In this document: piece after piece, positions 48,846 to 62,000 of the stretch
Position numbering within the stretch: position 1 is the first letter of the stretch
How the letters are laid out: each line of letters begins with the position of its first letter
Assembly (NCBI GenBank): GCA_039621445.1
Contig: CP154954.1
Span: 37,991,703-38,055,702 of the forward strand
Direction of reading: 5' to 3'
Length of the DNA: 64,000 nt
Source of the DNA: Euglena gracilis
Taxonomy: Eukaryota
Made by a program: the position numbers and the translations under genes
Notes under the pieces: model-generated
Told to the model about the DNA's origin: nothing
Databases searched by the model: none
Seen by the model: the letters and a program-made list of their open reading frames with translations, nothing else

Positions 48846-49489
48846 GCAGCACCTGGCAGTGGGGGGGGGGGGGCTGGACAAACATTCAGGCCAAAAGGTG
48901 CAGGATTTTTGGAGGGACCTGCATGTCCTTCATATCAATCACAAAGAGGTGCAGGCTGCAGTGGAAACTGTAAAAATCTTTGGCCAAACCAAAACAAACA
49001 ATTGTACTTCATGTTGTAGCCAAGTGGCTGTCAGTTATTTAACAAGATGGGTCGGCAAAAAGCCACACCTAAATTGCATCTTAAAAAACCCCTGCTGTAT
49101 CATTGCCAGGAAAAACAGATCAATTTGCAGGTGGTGTGGGCACGCACAAAGGAGCAATTTGCACACTCTTGACCAGGGAACAAAATGAACCAGGGAATTA
49201 TACCCTGAACATGAACATATTTCACAAAATTCTGAAAAATTTAACAAAGGAAAAACCCCCAGAGGTGTACATGTTTTGCACACCCAGCAACAAAAAGTTC
49301 CCCAAGTTCGTTTGTCGCTATCTACAACAAGGAGCTTTGCTGGTGGATGACTTGAGGGCAGATTTAAAGGGTCTCCCTCCAGTTTATGCAAACCCTCACT
49401 GGATCACAATTCCCCAATGGGCTCAAAGATTAATGTTAAGTCCAGACCTAACCTGTCTGTGGATTATACCCCACTGGGCTACGACATCA
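48846..49489 (+). mobile_element. DIRS fragment (RNase H-MT), inverted continuation of copy A
   Basis: HINHKEV and YANPHW motifs; ends exactly where copy A begins in the reference copy. Confidence 0.85.
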
Positions 49490-52130
49490 TGCTCGCTGCG
49501 GAGGCCGGTGGTGAACCCCACCACCAGGTTTGTTGCGTCTCATAAGCGCTGGACCAGTTCGACCCCTTCAGCAACTGGTCCAACTCTTCAGGCTGCAACA
49601 CGTCAGATGGAGGCCGAACCACCTTTGACACTGCCTTCTCCGCACGTTCGCGCTCCAAGGAACGCGAAAACATCTCGTTGAACTAGGGGAATTGGCGCAC
49701 TAAGAAAGGCAACATTACTCCCTGGGTTGTGGTTAATGCCCGAGCGACGGCATTCAATCACGTATGAAAAGAGGTTGCTGAACGATTCCCTGAAACGAAT
49801 AAAGTTCACGACTGCTGGCCACGTTGAGTCACACAATGTTCAATGACGCTCGCCTCGTCGAACAACAGGCAGGGTTCCAGGTCCCGTCCCGTACAGACAA
49901 CAAAGAAAGCATCCGGCACAGGATAAGAAGTTTGCCGACGTTGACACAGTTTGGCGAACTCCAAACAGTTGACAGCAGCAACAAGCTCTGCACCCACGGA
50001 GCCTGACTTTTTCTTTGTGTTGCCGTGTGCCAACAAGGTTCCATGAAGGGGTGAAAGGTGGTTAGCAAAAGTGTTTAATGGGAATATGGGCGGTGACAAC
50101 CGGAAGACAGGTCAGTGTCATTTGACAGGATAGTTGTAGGATAGAAGCTCCAAACCAGTTGTTTAGAGATTTCTTTGGCCAGGCTGAGTGAGAGTCCTTG
50201 CCACAGTTCTGCTTCGGTTCGCCGCTGAGGTCAACTCATCTCTTCCTTAACAAGGCTTTAAGCAGAGTGGAAATCAGAGAAAGACCTTACTATCCCATGC
50301 CTTCAAAGAAAACAAAAAAAAACGGAGTGAGACTCCAGCCTCGTCTCAAACAAGTTTCATCACATTTCTGGTGTTTGTCTGCTTCTTGTGTTTCTTGCCA
50401 AATGGTCAGTTTTGCTTTGGGTCTTTGTGTGACGGTTGGTGACGTCGCTTTGGATCAGGCATTCTCTGGCAAGGCGAGAAATGAAGATATCGCCATTGCG
50501 GAAATTGTCATCAACCTGCTCTTCTTTGGCATGGATTTTGGGCCAGAGAGGTGAGGAAGTGTTGGACCGCTGCATGTCGCTTGCAAAGGTTTTTGAATTT
50601 GCAACGTATTAGCTTATGTCCAAAAACTGCCGTGGAATACTGTCCATTCCACCACTTTTGGGAAGTGTGAGGCCTTTGCGCTTCTTTCGACAGTGACAGT
50701 CGTTTTTACGTGGTGGTTTGAAAGCGGCATCACAGGATCACCCCGAACGGAAGTTCAGGGTGAGAATGATGTACAACGCAGCCGGAGAGCATCTTCCGTT
50801 GTCAACACAGAGTCCTTGTTGAACCAACTTCAGCCACGCCGCTTAAGACAAATTTTGTGGCCATTTAGGGGAGGGAGGGAGTCCCTCTTTTGGACTTACG
50901 GACATCTTTGGCTCCTTATTGCCTCTGGTTCTTGTTCCCTGGTGAGGGTGAGAGTGAGTGACTGACATGTGGGGTTGGAATACTGTACATCGCGGAGAGG
51001 GGGAGTTTTTGTGGCTTTTCAGCATCAGGTTCGACATCCTTGTGGGACTGACTCGGCTGTTTCTTTTTCATCCAGGATTCCTGTTCCCGCGTGATGGTGA
51101 GAGAGAGAGTGACTAACTTAATCCAGGATTCTTGATCCCGTCTTGTACCCTAGAGGATGGTCAGGATATATTTTTGGCCGTTCCTGATGCGTTCCTGATT
51201 CGTTCTTTGTTTGTGATCCCTTTCTTCAGGGTTCGTTTGGTCTTTAATGTAACTTTTGGACTGGTGGTTCGCATGTCCAATTCCCTCGGTTCATTTGCTT
51301 AATCCGGGATGCATGGTTGGTGCGCAATGGCCGGGTATTGCGTGCCTTCAGATCCCAGGCACTGCGAACATGACAATTGTCGACCCACTTCTCGGGCCAA
51401 CACACAGGTTCTTCTCTCCAAGGGCTCCTTCTGGCCAAGGATAGCTCTGATGCATGTACCCATTTAGGTTCTGCCTTCGTCTCCAATTCCCCGATTTTCC
51501 ATTTTTTTTAATGATCACTTTTTTTGTGTTCCCAGGTGGGTAGCACAGCTTCACAAAACCATGCCCCGGGTCCAGGGAAACGTCTCCTTTGGCCCTCGCC
51601 ACAAGAGGAACCCCCTTGTGGCTCCCTGTGCCGCCACAGGTCGTGGGTTGTTTATACCGTGGGTGTAGTGTACAAAAGAGTGCTCAGTGATACTTGTTCA
51701 GGGTGCGGAGGTCAGTGGTTAGTGGTTGATGAGCAAAGGTCACCTCCAAAATATATTGGGCAGGGGTGAGATTTTGTGCTCGGAGGCCTCCAGACAGCAT
51801 ATGGTGAGTGGGCGGAAGACAGGGTGATTTTTTTTGGAAGAATACAAGCTCCAAACGAGCTGTCTGGTTATTTCTGTGATTAGTCTGAATGACAGGCTTT
51901 GCGAAGTGTCTGCTTCTGTCGCCCGCCGTTGCCACCCTCCCCGCTGCCCCAGAAGGGCCTTGAGGAGGGTGGCCATCAAGCAACGTGCTTCTTGCCCCAT
52001 GCCCCCGTAGCAGTCCATGACGAATGGCATCAACCGCCAGCCCAGTTGTTGGCATGTTGCATCATATTTGGTATGCGCGTCTGCCATAATGAATGGCTCT
52101 CTGCATTCCGCAGCGGGTGAATTTTCGCAA
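49490..52130 (-). mobile_element. Degenerate RLE-type (CRE-like) non-LTR retrotransposon fragments
   Basis: C-terminal RLE signature HTKY...LMPFVMDCYGGMGQEA at about 51850-52110; post-YxDD RT-like segment GINHN...FAFLGA at about 49600-49800. Heavily decayed. Confidence 0.55.
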
Positions 52131-52189
52131 GGGACTGGGGGATTGTCACATCCACTGCAACGGGTCCACAACTGTCCTAGCGAGGAATG

Positions 52190-54390
52190 AAGCTGTCTGT
52201 GAGTTAGCGGCCCAGCCCCCTTACAACAAACCCTTACAACAAACCCTTTTGACCAGCCGTTTGAACAACCTGGCTCCAAAAGATGACAACAAAATAAGAT
52301 TTGACCGTCTGAACGAGGAAACGACCGGGCTAGGGCAAAAACTAGAGGAATTTGCCCAGACCTTCCGGATTGCACTGAAGGGAATCAAAAAGGGCGTTTT
52401 CAAAACTGGGTTGCAGGAAGCCAGTGACCAGGCCAGGTGGATCGACCTGTTTTCCACACTGGGACAGATGGTAAACAAGGTGGCACGGTTGGAGGCACAG
52501 CTGACAGACCTGATCACATGAACAACACTGCAAGAAACACAACACTTTGGAATTTGGCAGCAGTGTAGATCGCTGACTGCCGAAATCAACAATCGGAACC
52601 AAATGTGGCAAACGAAATGGGAGGCCACCGAAAAAAGGTTGAATTGACTGAACTGGCACAAAAGACAAAAAAAGTTTTTAAACCCTCAATTTTATTCTTT
52701 CTCAGCGGTCTCTGCAGTCCAAGCGACCGGTTCCAACAGGGGAAGGGGAAAAATCCCAGAAACCCCAGCCCCTGGGCCAGTGGTCCAGGTGTCTGGACGG
52801 ACAACCGAACCGCCAAACGGGAAGGTGCAAACACAAGAACCCCAGCCAGCTGCTGCAGCAAGGCAGCAAAGCCGCCTGCAGCAAAGCCGCCTAGCCACAG
52901 CCACCATGGCAGGAGCTGGCATCTGGTCCCCAGCCGGAGGCTTGGGCAGAACCGATGGGGCCCAGCTAGCGACCCCAGCCCCACTCCCAGCAGCCTCAGC
53001 ACCACAGCCAGTCACCCCAACGGCCCCAATATCCCCTAACACAGCCTAGGGAGGGGACCTGAGTGCCTCAAGGACAGCTTTGGAAGGGAACCCGAGGACC
53101 CCGCGAACCTGTGCCACGTGTGGGTTGGGACTCTGACATAAAAAAGTAATGGTGCAAACTTTTCAAGAAGAATTTAAGAAACTTTCAATCAGACAGGATC
53201 ACACCGTGTCAAAGACCCATCACCCCGAACTCCAACCTGTGTTTGAACTTTCAGCCGACTCCCAACCATTTCAACACCGACCGAAACCGACGTACCCAAT
53301 GCTGGAACAGCAGCAGCGACTGTAGAGGGAACTGTTGTTGGAAATCAAAAACATGATGCAACAGCAGTTTCAGCAACGGGAAAACACGGGACCTAGCCAG
53401 ATCTCACAGCCGCGAACGCGGGATCTGTTCACATGGGTGACAGAAGAAAACCCAGGACCACAAAACACAAGTCCCCAACTCGGCAGCACATACACACCCA
53501 TTTTCATGTGGGTAAATAATCGGTTGTCGCCCCAGTTGCAGCACAGGATGCCCCATCCATTGGGCTGCTGATGGGACCAGTGGGTGCAGACCTGGCAAAA
53601 GACTTTGTCAGACCGCTCCTCCAGTGAAATTTTGCAGGTTTTTTTGTTAAATTCCCCGTTTACCTGAACCTATTGTCAGCCGGAAAGGACACCTCATAGA
53701 CAGGAAAACAACAATTTTGGAGGGAAGCCTTGACGAGACGGGCCGGCTGGAGCTCCAGAGACGACAAGAATGGGGATAAAAAACCAGGTGTCAGGAATTT
53801 TGAAATTGTCTCTGCCGAAAGTAGGAAGGGACACCCAGCTGGCAATAAAGGAGGAGCTGAAAAACCAGAAACCCAGGTGCGTGGAAACCTGACTCTGGGG
53901 GCACGGAGGGTGTTTGAAGCACGCTTCAAACTGCTCTACAGTCTGTTCGAACACCCCTTCGCAGACAATTCATACGGATTTGTCGCTGAATGGATGCCTG
54001 AAATGATGTGCTGAAACTGCATTCGATAACAATAAAGAAGGAACCAAGACAGACCCACCCTGAATTTGAAGGGGCTGGTGCCAGCCACACTTGGGGCTGA
54101 CGAAAGGATCCTTGTGACAGCCGATGGAACTGATTTCATCACTAGCCTGAACAGCAGCAGAGCATCCCAGCTGCTGATGATGAAAAAAGGCACAGCCCTG
54201 GCCCCAGGACAGCAATTCAGATTCATGGTGGTACATACAAAGCTCTCCCTGGAAATTTTTTTTGCAAAGGTGGAAACAGAACTGAGATGTCAGGAACAAC
54301 CTGACACGTTCCGACGGAATTACGGGGAGTAGCGGAGCAGCCACGAGAACACCGATCCAGATCCAGCGACAAAGGGGGGATATTCGTGGA
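52190..54390 (+). mobile_element. Degenerate gag region of a second Gypsy copy related to 59600-63739
   Basis: Shares KDLVRP, EARFKLLYS, RRNQDRPTL and VETELRCQ with the - strand gag. Confidence 0.75.
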
Positions 54391-54859
54391 CTGCGGGGGG
54401 GTGTTGCTGGGGGGCTGTCCAGGGGCAGCGATACCCCCCGTAAACTGCCCGGGCTGGAGCAGACTGAGCGTCTCCGCCTCCGCGGAGGGCTCGGTGGCTC
54501 CGGCTGTGGGGGGTTCGGGCTGGGGCTCCGCTGTGGGGGTGGCTGTGGGGGCTCTTGAGGGTGTTGTGGTGAGGGTTGTCGTTGGGGGTTGGTATGGAGG
54601 TGGGGGCGGTATGGTGGTGGGGGTGGCCTCATTTGCGTTGGTGTTGATGTTCGGAGGCACAGGGGGGAAGGAAGTTGGGCCTCAAGGGCACGTAGGGGTG
54701 GGGGTAGTATGGTGGGGATGGTGAAGAGGGCTTGTCGGGGTTGGTGGGGGTGGTAGGGTTGGGGTTGGCGACGGGGTTGTTGGGGGTGGCGACGTGTCGG
54801 CATCTGTGACAGAGCGCTGGGGTATGCGACATGCGTCACTCCATCCCATCAAGCAACTC

Positions 54860-56300
54860 TCACACATCCACAGCCAGGTCCCGTTTCTTACAATGTTGGA
54901 CCACATCTTTGTTGGTTAGGAGGAAGAAGTGGTTCAAGGGTTCCCACTGAGTGTCAGACGGGTCCCAGTTTTTCCACTGAATCAAAAATTGAAGTTTTCC
55001 GTCTTTTCTGCGGTGGTTCAGCACTTTGTCAACCTCCCATTCGTCCGGGCCAACCGCCAACTCCTGTGCTTTGCCCGACCAAAAGTAGAGGGTGGCAGGG
55101 GTTTTGTTGTAGTGGTTGTCCACGTGGGGTTTGAGTTGTGAACGGTGCGCAGGTTGTCGGTTTCCAGGTCGTAGTTCAACCTCGTAGGAGTGTTGTCCTA
55201 CCCGTTCCAACACCACCGCAGGTCTTTTCCACTTCGGTTCGAGTTTGTCGGTGCCAGGTTTTCTTTCGGGTTGATACCAGACTTTCGAGCCGATTTCCAA
55301 GGCAGGTGGTTCTCTGCGTTTTCTGTTCATCGTTTCAGCCCGTTCACGCTGTTTTTCGTTCAGGACCAGGCTCACCCACTGGTCTTGTTTTTTCATCCTT
55401 CCCAAGAACGCTGTGGCCCCTTCCGCTTCCCTTTGTGGTTGATATGGCAATCCTGCCCACGGTCTGTGCCTGCCAAACACAATTTCGTACGGTGACAGTC
55501 CCGTTTCACCTGGGACGTCGTGTAGGGCCTTCAAGGCGTTCGGTAGGAGTTAAACACAGGGTACCCCTTTTTCAGCAGCCAGTTTTGACAGTTTTCGGAG
55601 GACTTGTTGACCCGCTACTTCAGCCCGTCCGTTGGCTTGGTGGTGGTATGCCTGCCCGTACGCCACACTGATACGTACAGCGCACAATGTTTTCCACCAA
55701 CCGGCTGTGAATTGGGAGCCCCGGTCGGAGCTCACCACCGAGGGTATCCCAAAAATTCCCCACCGTTTGTACATTTCCTTTCCAACCTTTTCCGCTGCGA
55801 GTCCCTTGGCCAGGTGGGAGGTTGCAACCATCCACCCACTCAGCCTGTCCACACACAACGCCAACGTGTCATATTTTTTCCCTTCAAAGGTCGTTTCAGG
55901 TAGAGAGAACAAAACGATAGCAACACTGTCCATGAGGTGTGCATGAATCGGTGTCGGTTCAATGGGGCACTTGCATGGTAGGTGGCTGGGTTCTGTTGCT
56001 TGGCAGGTTTCACACATGGTCATCATTTTGCCTGTCAGTTTTTTTGCATCCTGGTGGTCCGCAAACACAAACCACCTTCCCATCTGGTCCCAAAGTTGGG
56101 CTGACCCTGGGTGCCCGGCTGTTTCGTGATGTTCCCGAATTACGTTTACAGTCAACCCGCTTGGTACACACAGGGGACCGTTTTTGAAGAGCCTGCCGTT
56201 GTCGAATCGGTACCCGTCAGGCCAGTTTTTGAACCCCGTTTCCTTCAGGTCCTTGAGCACAGTTCCCCACCTTGGGCAACTTTCGTACTCGTTCTTCCAT
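54860..56300 (-). pseudogene. Gypsy integrase with C-terminal chromodomain (one frameshift near 55545)
   Basis: HETAGHPG...CETCQ; CVDRLSG; SSDRGSQF; HHQANGRAE; KLEPKWKRP; chromodomain EWEVDKVLNHRRKDGKLQFLIQWKNWDPSDTQWEP. Confidence 0.9.
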
Positions 56301-56939
56301 TCCCTGTCCATCACCCCTTTCGGTTCCCCCTGCTGAAGCTCCGGGGCGTGCACTCCGCTTGATGGAGGTCCAACGGGTGTCCCCGTTGAGGATGACACAC
56401 CTTGCGCGTCCTGTTGTTTTGTTGAGTCGTTTGTTGTTAGGGGTTCCACAGGGTCCTCTTCCAGGGGTCTTCGCCTTGGTGGGTATTCCTCAGTGGATGG
56501 TCCCTCGGCCGTGTTTGGATTTTCTGGGGTTTTGTTTTTTGGTTTGTCTGGTCGGATCAGGTTTCCTGCCTCATCCGTGGTCTCCCTTGGGGTTGCTTCT
56601 GCAGTTTTTTACTTGGTTCCACCACAGTCGCTTCCTTCACAACCCACTTCTTTGACGTTTTTGCAGGTTTTTGTGGTGTTTTTGAAATTTTGTGAGGTGT
56701 GTCACCGTTTTCCGTTGAACCAGGCACTGTGGGCGAATCTTCACCCGTTTTGGTTCCCCCCCTTGTTGTGACGGCCACAGTGACGGGTTTTTGAAGTTGT
56801 TTTTGTGCCTGTGCCAGGTCTGCCACGTTGATCACCATACAAGTTTTCTGTTCCTTTTCCTCCTGTTTGATGATTTCTTTCATGAGTCGGTCGTCCTCCT
56901 CACTCCCGTGGATACTCACGTCGGCGAATGCCTGTGTGG

Positions 56940-57795
56940 CGGGGTAGGCCCACCTACTCAAGGCATCGGCGACCGTGTTGTCTTTGCCAGGTACGTATGC
57001 TACGGTTATGTCGAACCGCGAAAGCAGTTCGTGCCACCTAGCCCTACGTCCAGCTGGTCCACTGGGGGTGTCCAGAACCTCCGTTGCCTATGCCTCAATG
57101 CACTTGTGGTCCGTCAACACCAGTACCGGTTGCATTCCTATCCAGGAAGCCCATTTTTGCAGGGCCAGGATCCCTGCGTAGGTCTCCTTCTCCCTAGGAG
57201 ACCACGAGCGAACCTGCCCAGGTGTCAGCTTTCGTGAACAGAAAGCTACGGGTACTGTTTTTTTGGTCATGGCTGTTTTTGGGTCTGGTTTTTCTGCAGT
57301 GTCCTCCGCAAATTGTTCCAGAGCCGCACCTACGGCTCTGCCACTTGCAACCACCCTGAGTATGAACGGTTTGTCTGGGTTCACCGTTTGCAGTTTCGGG
57401 CTTCTGAGCAGTTTATGTTTGATGGTCTGAAAAGCTGTTCGTTCCTTTTCACCGAAAAACACAGGTGTCAGGCTTCCTTTCTTTCCCTGTCCCTTTTTCA
57501 CTTTCAGTTTTTCCATCAGGCCTGCAGCCAATTCCGCGTACCCTGGAGTGTATGAGGCATAATAGTTTGTGAATCCCAGGAATGCCTGTAGGGCTGTGAC
57601 CGTTTTTGGTTCCTTTCATTTTTCCAAGGCCATCAGTTTCCCAGGTGCTGGTTTTCGTTGTCAACCACCCAGCACATGTCCACAGAGTTCAACCTCTTTC
57701 ACGAAAAATTTGCATTTCTTGATGTCTGCCACGGTGTTACTGTTTTTCCAGTGCCTCCATCACCCTTCTGATGTCCCTGTCGTGTTGTTCGAATG
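56940..57795 (-). pseudogene. Gypsy RT C-terminal part and RNase H
   Basis: EQHDRDIRRV...KKCKFF...CGHVL; LQAFLGFTNYY; VAFCSRKL; EKETYA; LTDHK; YVPGKDNTVADALSR. Stops are present and the YxDD core is missing. Confidence 0.9.
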
Positions 57796-57809
57796 GTGGC
57801 CCCGTGGAA

Positions 57810-58410
57810 CCCCGCCAGGTCCTGAATCAGTTGATCTGGGATCCTGAATTTTTTTGAAGGCTGGGATGTTGTTTTTGTTGCTGAGTTTCACCAGGTGACC
57901 ACCACCGTTCGGGTCCAGGTTTTTGGAGGTTTTTCCGTCACACCGTTTTGCTGGTACCTGCAGGATGTCAGGGCTGCCCCAGATTCGTGTTGGTTTTTTG
58001 TAACCCCAGTCAGTGTATTGACAGTAATCCACGTCAATGTACGGGTACGGTTTCGTGTCATCTCGTTTTCTCAGGTATCCGTACCTTGGGTTTTCCAACC
58101 ACCATTTTTGCGGCTGCAGAACTTCCACAATTTCCAGGGCTCTCTTTGCAAGGCTGTCTCCTTTTTCTAGGTTTCTGGGTCTTGTCGTTAGGGCAATGCT
58201 GAATTCTGTGCAGGGAACCCCACACACCACCGTGTGAAAGTCACCAGGTTTGAAATGTTTCCTGAAGTCCCAGTCCAGTACGTCCACATGGTAATCCGCT
58301 TTCCACCTGGGGTCTGAATCCACTGTCACCACCTCGAAACCCATTTCTTCATACACCTTGCTGACTGACTTTGTTCCACAGAACATGTCCAGCATTTTCG
58401 GTTTCAGTTT
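57810..58410 (-). CDS. C5-cytosine DNA methyltransferase domain inside Gypsy pol
   Basis: Motif I LDMFCG, catalytic motif IV GVPCTEFS, motif VI WLENP, motif VIII-like KPTRIW. The C-terminal FRIPDQLI is reached via a slip in an A7 run. Confidence 0.9.
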
Positions 58411-58599
58411 TTCTGCTGTGGCCTGTTATGGTGTCGCTGTGGCTGCCTCCTGCACTTTTCTGATGTATTTCTGTGGTTTTTCAGTTCCCAAACCGGTTTT
58501 TTGTTCACCACCCTCCACCTCGTCCTCCACTGGCGGGTACTCGTGGGCTGTGCCGAACCTCACCTTGGATGTCGGGTGTAGGGGGGTGAAATGTTTGTG

Positions 58600-59042
58600 G
58601 AAACCTGGTAGGTACTTGCACCGTGTTTTGTGTCCGTATACCAAAAACACTTCCACGGGCCACGGTGTTTCCCTGCTTTTCTTGTCACCCTGTTCGAACA
58701 GTTTTGTTTTCGCTGAAATGAACATTGACATCACTGCCAGTTTTTTGATTTCTCCGTACCATTTTCTGTGAACCCATCTGGGTACCATGAGGAGTGCATG
58801 GGCCTCGTCTGTTTGAATTTTTCTCACCACCTGTGAAGTTTTGCTGAATGGGGAGTTCATCCACAGCAGTTTTCCGTGCCAGTCTTTTTCAAATGCGTCT
58901 GTGCCCTCAGGGCTGCCCGATGCCACCATTGCGAGAATCTTTTGTTTTTTTCCGTTGCAAAGGCATCCAGCAGGGGCTGGACCCCGAAGTGTGAGAGAAT
59001 TTCCGTCATTTTATCTTCCTTCACGTGGTAGTTTTCAGACAC
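58600..59042 (-). pseudogene. Dam-like (DIRS MT-type) N6-adenine methyltransferase domain inside Gypsy pol
   Basis: NYHV...PLLDAFATEKNKRF...TDAFEKDW...LWMNSPFS...LLMVPRW...WY. One frameshift near 58925; NSPF in place of NPPF. Confidence 0.8.
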
Positions 59043-59099
59043 CCACCGTGAAGCCGCTCTGCCGAACCTGCAGAACCTGCCGAACCTGACCTGTTCCCT

Positions 59100-62000
59100 T
59101 TTCGGTTCTGGGCTGTGGAGTCGTTTTTTTGTCAGGATTTTTTTCTTTTGAGGTTTTTTCTTACCTCCCTTAACCAGTGTGTATGACCGCTGCGGCTCTG
59201 GACCTGGTTCCCTTGTTTTGTCTAGTTGTTTCGGTTGTGTCTGCAGAGAGTCGCCACTCTCGTCCCCTACCCTCAGGCCGCAGCCCCTTCACTTCCGTTC
59301 TGCATTTTGAACTGGCTGCCAGCGATTGCTGGAGGCTGCTTCCGCCTTTGGCTGTCCCCGTGGCTGGTTGGCTGGCCCCTGTGAATTGGTTTGTTGTGGC
59401 TGTGGTTCAGTTTTCGTTACTGCTGGCTGTGGCTGTGGCTGCCCTTTACCTTTTCCTTTCCCGCTCCCCTTCCCAGAATCGTATCCTTTCCCAGAGTTGT
59501 ATCCCTTTCCGGAATCGTAGCCCTTGCCGTAATTCTGATTCAAGTTCTGGTTCTGGTTCCAGTTTTGGGTTGAACCCCAGTTTTGACCTTTCCCCTTTCC
59601 TTTGCCTTTGCCTTAGTCGTTCTGTCTCCAGTCTGACCAGTTGGTGTATCGTCCCTGGCCAGGCTGTTCTGAAACTGCCATGGGCTCCTGCTGGCGTGGA
59701 GAGGGGGGTCTTGGTTTTTCAGGTGTTGTGGTTCGAGGTCCAGGGGAGTTGGGTCGGGATCTGGAAGGTGGTGTCCGACTTCTGTATTTTGTTTTTTCCT
59801 CCTCCTTGTCTTCCCTGACGTAACCCCTACGGTCCATCGACCGTGATCTGTTTTCACGAGGTTGGTTCTGCCAGCCGTTGTACTCCTTACCCAGGGAGTC
59901 TGACTGTTGTTGGCACCTGAGTTCAGTTTCCACCCGTTCGAACAGTTCGTCCAGAGTCAGTCTGGCTTGCACCTGTGTGAAGTGTGGTTTGTGTCCAGTC
60001 AGAAGCGTTGAACAGTTTTTCATCAGGAGCAGTTCAGCAGCTCTGCTGCTGTGCAGATGGATTCTGAAGTTTTGTCCGTCTCGTGCCACCTGAAAATTCT
60101 CACCTGTACCCACAGTTGCTGCCACCAGGTCACGAACGTCTTCCGTCGTTGCATCTGGGACGTTCGTAATGTTCGTGACCCCTTTCAGTTTCAGTGTTGG
60201 TCTGTCCTGATTTCTGCGGTCCTGTTCCCTGATGCAGCTTCTGCGTTGTGTTTCAGGCATTTTTTCAGCCACCGGGTTGTAAGCGTCTTCCTCTGATGGA
60301 TTTTCCAGCCTGCTGTAGAGGAGTTTGAAATGGGCCTCAAACTCCCTCCACGCTTCCAGTGTCAGTTTTCCTTCAATTTTTTGGTCTCAGGTTTTTCAGT
60401 TCGTCTTTTATGGCTGATTGCGTGTCTCCACCATATTTCTGGCACACCCAGTTCCAAAATTCCTGGTATTTTATTTTCTCACCGCGTTCCTGTCTGCGTT
60501 GTAGTTCCAGTTTACTGGCACTGTCCAGGCTGCCCTCCAGCAGTGACAGTTTCAGGTCATCAGTCAGGGACCCCTGACTGGATGACACACGTTGCAGGTG
60601 CATTGGAAATTTCACGGCAAAATCTACAAAATTCCCCTGCAGTGTTGGTCTTACCAGGTCTTTTGTCATTGCCGCGCCCACTGGACCCAGCAGCAGCCCG
60701 AAGGATGCTGTCGGGGCCGTTGCAACGGGTGCCACCACTGTTTCCTCTCCTATGTGATGGATGGCAGTTTGGGTAGACCCCACCTGGGGTCCCACCCAGG
60801 TTGTTGTGGCTGTTTTCTGAGTTTCTGTTTCGTCTGCCCACATGAACAAGCCCCGAGTCCAGAACTGTGGGTTTTGTTGTGTCGTCACTGGCTGTTGAGT
60901 CTGCTGCGTCGGCTGGGTTGGCTGTGGTGCAGGGCTTGTCGGGTTCGTCGGAAGTGCTGGGCTGGTCGGCACTGCAGTCGGTCGTTGTTCCGTTTGTCGA
61001 GTCAGTTGGGCAATTAAAGGTGTCAAGGCAGTCTTTATTTCTTGCTGGATGAGCTGCCCCACCAGGGAAGCCGAGTTAACGGTCCCCAGTGTTGCAGCTA
61101 CTCCTTCCATTTTTGGGTGTGGTGTTTCAGCCCCCCAGTGCTGGCTGCTCTGGCTGAACGTACCTGTGAGGGGTTGTGGGGTCCCCTCCCCCGTTTGACA
61201 GGCCTGGGGTTCTGGGTCCCCGTCCTTTGGCTTCCTGCGGGCTGGCCCCTCAGGGCTGGCGGTGGCTGGGCCAGGGGTTGTGGGGTCCCCATCCCCGTCA
61301 ACCAGGTGTGGGGTTCTGGGGTCCCCGTCCCAGGTTGCCCTATGGGCTGGCCCCTCGGGGCTGGGGGCAGGTTCTGGGGTTGTGCGGTCCCTGATCCCCG
61401 TTGGCCCGAGGCCCTGTCTGTCCCCTGGGTGGGCTGTTCCGTTCGTTGGGCTGTCGTGGCTGCCCCTGGCTGTCCAGCCTGGGACCTCGCGGGAGGCCCA
61501 CTGGCCAGGGGGCCGGCCCCTGTCTCCGGCCAGAAGGCCCCTGTGCAGGCTGGGCGAGAAGAAATGCTTAAATTTTCAAAACGTTTGGGTATTTTAGCCA
61601 GGCTAGGGCTGGGGTTTGTGATTTGCTGGGTGTTTTCCCTTTCCAGTTCTCCGGTCAGGTTCTCAGTCGTTTTTGTCACTGTGCTGTGTTTTCTGTCCAG
61701 GGTCACCAACTGTTCTGTCCACCGTTTCTGCTGTGTTTGCAGTTCCGTGGTCAGAGCATGTAAATGCTGTTGTCATGTGTTTCCCGTTCTGCCGTTTTTG
61801 TTGTCAGACCAGCCAGTTTTGCTTCCATTTGACCGACCCTGGTTGTCATTGAGCTAGTGGCAGATGTCATTTCCAGCCATTTAGCTTGTTCCGATGTGGC
61901 ATGTGTTCCCGTCTTAATGGCACCTTTCTGCAGTTCACCCAGCAGTTTTTGAGTCGTTTGGACTGTTTCGTCCACCTTGTGACCCAGGCTGCCGACCTCC

